Source of the DNA: Phormidesmis sp.
GTDB taxonomy: Bacteria; Cyanobacteriota; Cyanobacteriia; Leptolyngbyales; Leptolyngbyaceae
Length of the DNA: 64,000 nt
Assembly (NCBI GenBank): GCA_965248535.1
Contig: CBDFJR010000005.1
Span: 224,001-288,000, forward strand
Direction: 5' to 3'
Under the pieces are notes generated by a model, which was not told where the DNA came from, made no database searches, and saw only the letters and a program-made list of their open reading frames with translations. The position numbers and the translations under genes are program-made. Shown here piece after piece: positions 1 through 7,476 of this stretch (within the stretch, counting starts at the first letter, position 1; every line of letters begins with the position of its first letter).

Positions 1-1266
1 AAAAATTCGGCGCTGGTGATCATCGTCGGAGCGCTCCTCTGCCCCCAAGATTGCCGGATTCGTAACGTTCCTCAGTTAGCCGATGTCACCCGGATGGGCG
101 AGATTTTAGCCGCGCTGGGGGTCAAGCTCACCCAGAATGCCGACGTTTTAGACATTGATGCGTCTCATATCAGTCACACAAAAGCGCCCTATGAGTTGGT
201 CAGCCAGCTTCGGGCCAGCTTTTTTATCATCGGGCCTCTGCTAGCCAGAATGGGCGTAGCGCGGGTGCCTTTGCCCGGAGGTTGCTCGATCGGGGCCCGC
301 CCCGTTGATCTCCATGTGCGCGGTTTGCAGGCGATGGGCGCAAATGTGCAGATCGAGCATGGCATCGTCCATGCCTATGTGACGGGGCCCAGCAAGCGAC
401 TTCAGGGAGCCAAGATCTACCTCGATTACCCCAGCGTGGGCGCAACTGAAACTCTGATGATGGCCGCTACCCTAGCCGAGGGTGAAACCACGATCGAGAA
501 CGCCGCTCAAGAACCCGAAGTTGCAGATCTAGCCAATTTCTGCCGGGCCATGGGAGCCAAAATTCGCGGCGCAGGCACCAACACGATCGTGATCTCCGGC
601 GTGCCCAGTCTGCACTCGGTTGATTACAGCATTATTCCCGATCGCATTGAGGCAGGCACCTTTTTGCTGGCGGGGGCGATGACCCGATCGGAGATCACCC
701 TATCGCCGATTATTCCTGACCATTTGACTGCCGTTCTCGCTAAGATGCGCGACATGGGCATCCGAGTCGTGATGGATAGCCCCAAACAAATGAGAATTCT
801 GCCGAGTCAGAGCTATCGCTCAACAGACATCGAGACGCTTCCCTATCCAGGGTTTCCCACCGATATGCAAGCCCCGTTTATGTCGCTGCTGACCCTAGCC
901 CAAGGCGATAGCGTGATCAGCGAGACCGTGTTTGAAAACCGTTTGGGCCATGTGCCCGAACTGAATCGGATGGGGGCAGACATTCGGGTTAAGGGCAATC
1001 ACGCGATCGTGCGGGGGGTCTCGATGCTGTCGGGTGCGCCTGTGGTTGCCACTGACTTGAGAGCGTCGGCGGCGCTAGTGGTGGCGGCGTTGGCAGCAGA
1101 AGGCAAAACGACGATTCAGGGGTTGCATCACCTCGATCGCGGCTATGAACACCTGGAACTAAAGCTGAAAAAGCTCGGCGCTAAACTCCAGCGCGTCCAA
1201 GAACCCTCTGACTTGGAGCCGACGACACCCCCGATCGAGCCAAGCGTCCTGAGTTCACCTGCTTAG
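1..1266 (+). CDS. murA: UDP-N-acetylglucosamine 1-carboxyvinyltransferase (5' end lies outside the window)
   Basis: Frame is open from base 1 (KNSALV...). Motifs [15 protein letters not shown] with the catalytic Cys, [22 protein letters not shown] and LDRGYE. Confidence 0.97.
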   Translation, partial: KNSALVIIVGALLCPQDCRIRNVPQLADVTRMGEILAALGVKLTQNADVLDIDASHISHTKAPYELVSQLRASFFIIGPLLARMGVARVPLPGGCSIGARPVDLHVRGLQAMGANVQIEHGIVHAYVTGPSKRLQGAKIYLDYPSVGATETLMMAATLAEGETTIENAAQEPEVADLANFCRAMGAKIRGAGTNTIVISGVPSLHSVDYSIIPDRIEAGTFLLAGAMTRSEITLSPIIPDHLTAVLAKMRDMGIRVVMDSPKQMRILPSQSYRSTDIETLPYPGFPTDMQAPFMSLLTLAQGDSVISETVFENRLGHVPELNRMGADIRVKGNHAIVRGVSMLSGAPVVATDLRASAALVVAALAAEGKTTIQGLHHLDRGYEHLELKLKKLGAKLQRVQEPSDLEPTTPPIEPSVLSSPA

Positions 1267-1288
1267 AATCCGGGACTTGGGTGGGGAC

Positions 1289-1321
1289 AAAAAGGGGCAC
1301 CGTCCTGCTGTGCCCTTTTTT
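1289..1321 (+). terminator. Intrinsic terminator after murA, possibly bidirectional
   Basis: AAAAAGGGGCAC-CGTCCTGCT-GTGCCCTTTTTT: GC-rich stem flanked by A and T tracts. Confidence 0.7.
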
Positions 1322-1427
1322 AGGTTGTTGCTTTGAGAGCGATCGTAGAGAGATTCACGGCTTTTCTCTCTTCAACCCCTTGGGCTTATCGCTATACTGA
1401 CGTTGAGAGTCCCTTTTGACTACCTTC

Positions 1428-2300
1428 ATGTCTTTCTCAAAGTCGCTCCTCATTGGCTTAAAGGCGGATCAGTTTCGTCACCCGTTAGATCTAGAAGCCA
1501 CCAACTCGCTGAAACAGCTACCTGGACTGGATCTGCTGATCCGCAATCTGCTGGGCCCTGTGGCAGAACAGTTTTTCTATTTAGAAAATATTGCTTCGAG
1601 CATTCTAGTTGGTGAGCAACAGCTTCCTCAAATTCACCACCTGCTGCTAGAAGCTTGTCAAGTCTTGGATATTGAGCCGCCGCAACTCTACGTGCGTCAA
1701 AATCCTGTGCCCAACGCCTACACCTTTGCGATGCGAGGCAAACAGCCGTTTATCGTGATGCACACCTCGCTGATTGAGTTGCTCACGCCAGAAGAGATTC
1801 AGGCGGTGATTGCCCATGAGCTAGGGCACCTCAAATGTGACCACGGCGTTTATTTGACTCTGGCAAATATTATGGTTTTAGCTGCCGGACAGCTTCCTTT
1901 GGGGGGCGCGATCGCGCAGGGTTTGCAGGCTCAAATTTTAGAATGGGTGCGCTGTGCAGAATTTACGTGCGATCGGGCGGCTCTCCTCGCGACTCAAGAC
2001 CCCAGAACGATCATGTCTGTGATGATGAAGCTCACAGGCGGGTCGCCGTCTCTGGCGAGTCAACTTAATCTAGATGCCTTCATCGCTCAGGCACGAGCCT
2101 ATGATGAGGTGGGCAAAACTGAGGTGGGTCAACTGCTCAAGCAGATGCAGACGGCTCAGTTAACCCATCCGGTGCCTGTGTTGAGGGCGAGAGAAATCGA
2201 TCGCTGGGCCAGCAGCCAAAGTTATCAGTCGTTGTTAAAAAAGCAAGCAACAGGCTATAATAACGAAACGCAATCCAAGGGCGGATGGCGAAACTGGTAG
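1428..2300 (+). CDS. M48 family zinc metallopeptidase
   Basis: HEXXH motif (AHELGH), PNAYT, AEFTCDR and THP motifs. ATG at 1428 preferred over TTG at 1416. Confidence 0.9.
   Translation: MSFSKSLLIGLKADQFRHPLDLEATNSLKQLPGLDLLIRNLLGPVAEQFFYLENIASSILVGEQQLPQIHHLLLEACQVLDIEPPQLYVRQNPVPNAYTFAMRGKQPFIVMHTSLIELLTPEEIQAVIAHELGHLKCDHGVYLTLANIMVLAAGQLPLGGAIAQGLQAQILEWVRCAEFTCDRAALLATQDPRTIMSVMMKLTGGSPSLASQLNLDAFIAQARAYDEVGKTEVGQLLKQMQTAQLTHPVPVLRAREIDRWASSQSYQSLLKKQATGYNNETQSKGGWRNW
2232..2261 (+). promoter_or_regulatory. Candidate sigma70-type promoter for tRNA-Leu, embedded in the M48 CDS
   Basis: TTGTTA (2232-2237), 18 nt, then TATAAT (2256-2261), 17 nt upstream of the tRNA 5' end. Confidence 0.55.
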
Positions 2301-2360
2301 ACGCACCACACTCAAAATGTGGCACCGAAAGGTATGGGAGTTCGATTCTCCCTCCGCCCA
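2279..2360 (+). tRNA. trnL: tRNA-Leu (anticodon CAA), CCA not encoded
   Basis: Acceptor stem GGGCGGA/TCCGCCC plus discriminator A; D-loop AACTGGTAGAC; anticodon arm CCACA-CTCAAAA-TGTGG; long variable arm ACCGAAAGGT; T arm GGGAG-TTCGATT-CTCCC. Confidence 0.97.
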
Positions 2361-2369
2361 TCTTAATGA

Positions 2370-2591
2370 ATGCACAGAGATTCTGATCAGATCGTGCCTG
2401 AAAAGCGTCTAGGTCAAGAATATGTAGGGTTCTACCTACCTGAAGGCAAACGAGAGTTATTCAGGGAATACTGCCAGTTCATCGACAGCAGCATGAAGGA
2501 TGAACTGGAAAAATTTGTTGATCAACAAATCTCTGATCCCAAGTTTCAGCAGTACTTAGAAATGAAGCGGAAACTACAGGAAGGGAGATGA
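2370..2591 (+). CDS. Small protein, possible ribbon-helix-helix DNA-binding (ParG/CopG-like)
   Basis: 73 aa. Alternating strand YVGFYLP followed by two amphipathic helices (KRELFREYC, SMKDELEKFVDQQI). Confidence 0.5.
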   Translation: MHRDSDQIVPEKRLGQEYVGFYLPEGKRELFREYCQFIDSSMKDELEKFVDQQISDPKFQQYLEMKRKLQEGR

Positions 2592-2628
2592 AACGTCTTG
2601 CTCCACCTTAAGTAATTGTCAAAGCTCC

Positions 2629-3951
2629 TTAAGCATTCCAGCGTTTGATCACCTGCCACACAATTTTGGGATGGTAGAAAGCCGCAGGCGATTTTAGAAG
2701 GTGGGCAATCTCCATAAACAGCGTGTTCATGTCTGAATCGACGCTAGTTTGTTTCATTAATTTTTTGACATAGCCACTGAGCAAATTCTCAGCCCAGTTA
2801 GAGCGCGATCGTCCCTCGGTGCTCAAAAATCGCGAGTCTTGCCCAACCGCCAGCATCCACGGAAAGCGGTTGCTTTGAGCCAGCCGACGCTGAAAATCAG
2901 CCGAATTCAGCCTTCCACTGCCTAGCCAATCTCGCAGCACCAGAGTAGACAGAGCGCTAATCGTCATGCCTTGCCCATAGACCGGGCACAGCGCACAGAC
3001 CGCATCTCCTAGAGCCACGAAGCCATCAGGCAGATTTATTTTTTCATAGTGTCGCCAGCGATTGGCGGTCGCACGGTGAGCATAAATCTCAGAAACAGGC
3101 TTTGCGGCCACGATCGCATCATAGAACGCCGAAGATTGAAGACTACGGGCAAAATCTAGAAATCCAGACTCGTCGATCGGGGGAAAGTCGTGCCCATATC
3201 CGCCCAAGGTCGCGATCCATTGTTCGTCTTCAATTTTTGCCAGATAGCCTAATCGCGTTGCGTCGGGCGGCTGCTGAGAGATGAGCATCACCTTCCAGTC
3301 GTCTGCGTGGTGGGCGGGCACTTTATAGCGGCGAGTCGCATAGCCCAAAAACGGATTGACGACAGTTTCTGAGGGCGACCCAAATCCGGCCCGTTCTAGC
3401 CACTTGGGAGCCGCAGACCTCCGACCACTCGCATCAACTACCAAGGAGGTTGGGAGGTGCGATCGGGTTCTTTCAGGCATCAATTCCAATTCAACGCCCG
3501 TGATTTTCTCGTTTTTGGATAATAAGCCCGTGACGCGATGACGATCGACAAACTTGACGTGAGAAAGAGCCGCCAGTTTTTGCCGAATTGCCCACTCTAG
3601 CAGCGGCCGCGAACAGGTGAACGACGCAATAGAAGTCGGCTGATCGGTGCGACAATTCCAAGCGCCCTCGTTGAAATAGTGAAACTCGCGGGCCCAGTCG
3701 ATCGGGATCGCGCCCGCCTGACGCAAATCGTTGCCAATGCCCGGAAATAGCTCTTCTAAAATCTCATACCCTCTCGTAAACAAGACGTGAGGTTGAGGCG
3801 ATTGAGGCACTCCGGTGCGGTTTGCAGGGTGAGTCGGCAAGCGATCGCGCTCGACCACAATCACGGCATCAAAAAAGTCAGCCAAGACGCGGGCGGTGAG
3901 CAGTCCGGCGATGCTGCCACCGATGACCACTGCTTGAGTTAAATCTTTCAT
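2629..3951 (-). CDS. FAD-dependent monooxygenase/oxidoreductase
   Basis: N-terminal GGSIAGL dinucleotide-binding motif, VVDASGR (DG motif) and LGDAVCALCPVYGQGM (GD motif). Confidence 0.88.
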   Translation of the reverse strand: MKDLTQAVVIGGSIAGLLTARVLADFFDAVIVVERDRLPTHPANRTGVPQSPQPHVLFTRGYEILEELFPGIGNDLRQAGAIPIDWAREFHYFNEGAWNCRTDQPTSIASFTCSRPLLEWAIRQKLAALSHVKFVDRHRVTGLLSKNEKITGVELELMPERTRSHLPTSLVVDASGRRSAAPKWLERAGFGSPSETVVNPFLGYATRRYKVPAHHADDWKVMLISQQPPDATRLGYLAKIEDEQWIATLGGYGHDFPPIDESGFLDFARSLQSSAFYDAIVAAKPVSEIYAHRATANRWRHYEKINLPDGFVALGDAVCALCPVYGQGMTISALSTLVLRDWLGSGRLNSADFQRRLAQSNRFPWMLAVGQDSRFLSTEGRSRSNWAENLLSGYVKKLMKQTSVDSDMNTLFMEIAHLLKSPAAFYHPKIVWQVIKRWNA

Positions 3952-4031
3952 AGAGTCACGATCGAAGCTTTAAGACCTACGCTAATTCTAGAAGGATGTC
4001 TGATAAGTCGCCAGGGAAGCGCATCCAGACC

Positions 4032-4559
4032 TAAGGGACTTGCAATTTAATAGAATTCCGCCTTTGTTGCAGAACCCTTTAATAGGGTTAACTCAAACGA
4101 CGAACCTCGCTGACCGAAGCAAAAAGATTCTCCTGGGACTCTGTTAAATTGCGAGTCCTTAACCTGACGCGGGAGATGCTTGAGCGCAACCAGCGAACAC
4201 TGCGATCGCGATCGGGTTTGCTTCAAGATTCAGGAGATTGTTCCAACAAACTTGAGAAAGGTTGCTTTGTCAGGAGGTTTCTTTCCTGTATTCATAAGTT
4301 TTGCTACAAAAATAAGAGGCGTATTAAAGCAAATCTTATGAATGAAGCTTTGTTGATAGATTTTACTTGAGCGTTAACAGGATTTGTTGACAGAAAAGGC
4401 AAAAATTCTGAATCTGCGCTCAATACGCAATTTTGTCAGAACACATGCTGATAAACGTTGCAGCCAAGTATAGCGATTATTTTAAAAGTCAAGGGAGCGA
4501 ACCTCGCTGACCGAAGCAAAGAGACTTTCCTGAGACTCTATTAAATTGCGCGTCCCTAA
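4032..4559. mobile_element. MITE/IS remnant with one left terminal inverted repeat and two copies of the right end
   Basis: Left end TAA-GGGACTTGCAATTTAATAGAATTCC (4032-4059) is the inverted complement of ...CTCTGTTAAATTGCGAGTCCT-TAA (ends 4162) and ...CTCTATTAAATTGCGCGTCCC-TAA (ends 4559). Direct repeats 4101-4162 and 4498-4559 match at 55/62 by manual alignment. No transposase ORF. Confidence 0.65.
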
Positions 4560-4642
4560 GTTCCTCTCTAGGCAGCAGAATAAACTGAGAATTCTCGCAA
4601 CTGAGATAAACTGTCTATACCTTATTTTAGAAGCCCCGGTTT

Positions 4643-6256
4643 ATGGTTAACCCGTTGTGGCAGCGTCTTCAGTCTTGGGTGCTGTTCTGTTTGTGCTGCA
4701 TTTTAGCCGTGAGTTGCAATCGCGCCACTCCCGATTTGAGTTCAGCCAGTAAAAGTGGGCGAATCACCCTAGGCACCACGGCGACCGTGAGCACGATCGA
4801 CCCTGCCGATGCTTACAATATTTTTTCGGGCAATTTGCTCTATAACTTGGGCGATCGGCTCTATAGCTATAAGCTGGGCACCAGTGAACTGGAGCCGCAA
4901 CTGGCGATCGCGCTTCCAACGGTCAGCGCTGATGGCTTAATTTATAAGATTCCGCTGCGTCAGGGCGTGGTGTTTCATGACGGAACTGCATTTAATGCCA
5001 AAGCAATGGCGTTTTCGCTCCAGCGATTTGTTAAAAACGGCGGCGCTCCTTCGTTTTTGATTGCTGATAGCGTTGACACGATCGTGCCATCGGCAGACTA
5101 TGAGCTAACGATTAAACTCAAAAAGCCCTTTGCTGCTTTTCCGTCGCTGCTGGCGTTTTCAGGAGCCTGTGCGGTGTCTCCTGGCGCTTATGAGATAAAA
5201 GAAGGGTCGTTCAAAGCCGATCAGTTTGTGGGCACAGGCGCTTATAAGCTGGTGAGATATGGCACCGACTCGATGCAGCTAGAGGCGTTCGATCGCTATT
5301 GGGGCAAAAAGCCCGCTAACCAGGGCATTGATATCCAGTTTTTCTCTAGCCCTGCCAATTTGTTTAACGCTTTTCGCACGGGCGCGATCGACATTGCTTA
5401 TCAAAGTCTAGCCCTCGATCAAATTCGGGCGCTGCAAGACAAAAAAGCAGAAGCCGGATGGCAGATTATTGAAGAGTCTGGGAGTGGCATTAGCTATCTG
5501 ACTCTAAATCTGAATTCGCCGCCGTTGAACCAGTTAGAAGTGCGGCAAGCGATCGCTGCCATGATCGATCGGCCGCTGCTGCGCGATCGTGTCTTTCAGG
5601 GGCAAATTGAACCTCTTTATAGTTTGATTCCGGCAACCCTAGCTGTGCAGAAACCTGTCTTTGAAACCTACGGCGATCGCAACGTCAACAAAGCAACAGA
5701 ACTGCTGCAAAAAGCTGGCTATTCAGTCCAAAATCCGCTCAAGATCGAGCTTTGGTATCGCTCTAACTTAAGCAATGATCAAATGGCCGCGTTAACGCTG
5801 AAAGCGATCGTGCAAAAAAAACTGGGCGGACTGATGCAAATTGATTTAAACAGCATTGAATCGACCACTGCCTATAAAAATTTAGAAAAAGGCGTTTATC
5901 CGATTTTCTTATTAGATTGGACTCCTGACTTTCTGGATGCAGATAACTACATTTATCCATTTTTAGAATGCTCTAAAGGCAGTGCCAAAAACGGATGTGA
6001 AGAAGGACAGAGTTTTTCGCAAGGGTCATTTTATTATAGCGATCGGGTCAATCGGCTCCTCGATCGCAGTCGTCAAGAACTCAACCCCACCACCCGAAAA
6101 AATATCTTTACTGAACTGCAAGATGTCCTAGCTCAAGACGTGCCGTTTATTCCCCTTTGGCAAAGCAAAGATTATTTATTTGCTCAAAAAAACCTTCAGG
6201 GCGCTCAACTAGAAGTGACGCAAAAAGTTCCGTTTAGCACACTACACAAGTCCTAA
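4643..6256 (+). CDS. Peptide/nickel ABC transporter substrate-binding lipoprotein (family 5)
   Basis: Lipobox-like LAVSC; motifs IDPADA, LRQGVVFHDGT, VGTGAYKL and VRQAIAAMIDR. Confidence 0.92.
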   Translation: MVNPLWQRLQSWVLFCLCCILAVSCNRATPDLSSASKSGRITLGTTATVSTIDPADAYNIFSGNLLYNLGDRLYSYKLGTSELEPQLAIALPTVSADGLIYKIPLRQGVVFHDGTAFNAKAMAFSLQRFVKNGGAPSFLIADSVDTIVPSADYELTIKLKKPFAAFPSLLAFSGACAVSPGAYEIKEGSFKADQFVGTGAYKLVRYGTDSMQLEAFDRYWGKKPANQGIDIQFFSSPANLFNAFRTGAIDIAYQSLALDQIRALQDKKAEAGWQIIEESGSGISYLTLNLNSPPLNQLEVRQAIAAMIDRPLLRDRVFQGQIEPLYSLIPATLAVQKPVFETYGDRNVNKATELLQKAGYSVQNPLKIELWYRSNLSNDQMAALTLKAIVQKKLGGLMQIDLNSIESTTAYKNLEKGVYPIFLLDWTPDFLDADNYIYPFLECSKGSAKNGCEEGQSFSQGSFYYSDRVNRLLDRSRQELNPTTRKNIFTELQDVLAQDVPFIPLWQSKDYLFAQKNLQGAQLEVTQKVPFSTLHKS

Positions 6257-6337
6257 AATCATCAGACTTGAGTTGAAGAGCGATCGCAACAACCAAACTA
6301 AAAGACAATCAATAAACCTCTCTGTTTGAGTGAAGCC

Positions 6338-7360
6338 ATGTCTCGATCGAGTTCTCTGCGCTACTACATTTTGTCGCGGGTCTTGTTTGCCCCATTGATG
6401 CTGTGGCTGATCACAAGCCTGGTTTTTTTGCTGCTGAGAGCCACGCCCGGAGACCCGATCGATGCACTGTTAGGCCCGCGAGCACCCCAAGCCGCCAAAG
6501 AAGCGCTGCGCGCCCAGTTAGGCTTAGGCAAACCGCTAATTTTGCAATATTTTGACTATATGGGGTCATTGCTGCATCTAGATCTGGGCAAATCACTAAT
6601 CAGCAAAGATTCCGTGTGGGAGATCATTGGTAAGTTTTTTCCGGCAACCGTTGAGCTAGCGATCGTCAGCATGGCGATCGCGCTGATCGTCGGCATTGGC
6701 GTTGGCATTCTTTCTGCCTCTCAACCCAATAGCGCCATTGATGTCGGCGGTCGATTGTTTAGCATTATCACCTATTCCATTCCTCTATTTTGGTTGGGAA
6801 TGCTGTTGCAGTTAGTGTTCTCAGTGCAACTCGGTTGGTTTCCCTTGGGCACTCGGTTTCCCGTTACGGTTCCGGCCCCTCAAGCCATCACCGGACTGTA
6901 TACGATCGATAGCCTGCTCAGTGCTCATCTCGATCAGTTTTTCATCGCTTTATATTATCTGGCGCTGCCCTCGCTCACCCTTGGCGTGTTGATTAGCGGC
7001 ATCTTTGAACGCATCGTTCGCGTTAATCTCAAACAAACACTGAAATCCGACTATGTAGAAGCCGCCAGAGCCAGAGGCATTCCCGAACGCAAGATTCTCA
7101 TTAACCACGCGCTTAAGAACGCGATGATTCCAGTCGTTACAATTTTAGGATTAACGCTAGCAGCATTGCTAGGAGGGACAATTTTAACCGAAGTCACCTT
7201 CTCTTGGCCCGGACTCGCAAATCGTTTGTATCGGGCGATCGCCCAACGCGACTATCCCACCGTGCAGGGAATTATCGTCTTTTTTGCCGCGATCGTCGCC
7301 CTAGCCAGCATCGCGATCGACGTGATCAACGCCTATATCGATCCCCGCATTCGCTACTAG
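6338..7360 (+). CDS. Peptide ABC transporter permease (DppB/OppB-like)
   Basis: PGDP motif, EAA loop (DYVEAARARGI), HALKNA, RDYPTVQG and C-terminal DPRIRY. Confidence 0.93.
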   Translation: MSRSSSLRYYILSRVLFAPLMLWLITSLVFLLLRATPGDPIDALLGPRAPQAAKEALRAQLGLGKPLILQYFDYMGSLLHLDLGKSLISKDSVWEIIGKFFPATVELAIVSMAIALIVGIGVGILSASQPNSAIDVGGRLFSIITYSIPLFWLGMLLQLVFSVQLGWFPLGTRFPVTVPAPQAITGLYTIDSLLSAHLDQFFIALYYLALPSLTLGVLISGIFERIVRVNLKQTLKSDYVEAARARGIPERKILINHALKNAMIPVVTILGLTLAALLGGTILTEVTFSWPGLANRLYRAIAQRDYPTVQGIIVFFAAIVALASIAIDVINAYIDPRIRY

Positions 7361-7476
7361 TGGGCTTTCAACTTCTAATTCTGTCGGACGTAAAGATTGA
7401 TCTTCTGGGCAAAGGCGAGGGCTGCGATCGTGATAAGTCATAAAGGTCGAACCCCGATCGCCCGACTAAAAACGCC

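Noticed and set aside
2340..2360. Duplicated tRNA 3' end marking an integrated element
   Set aside because: I saw no second copy of TTCTCCCTCCGCCCA in the window and no integrase.
4149..4370. 73-aa ORF inside the MITE-bounded region
   Set aside because: TTG start inside a terminal repeat, no RBS and no transposase-like motifs.
4101..4559. 62-bp direct repeats as CRISPR repeats or prophage att sites
   Set aside because: Only two copies, 335 bp apart, with no integrase. They are better explained as duplicated transposon right ends because they are inverted relative to 4035-4059.
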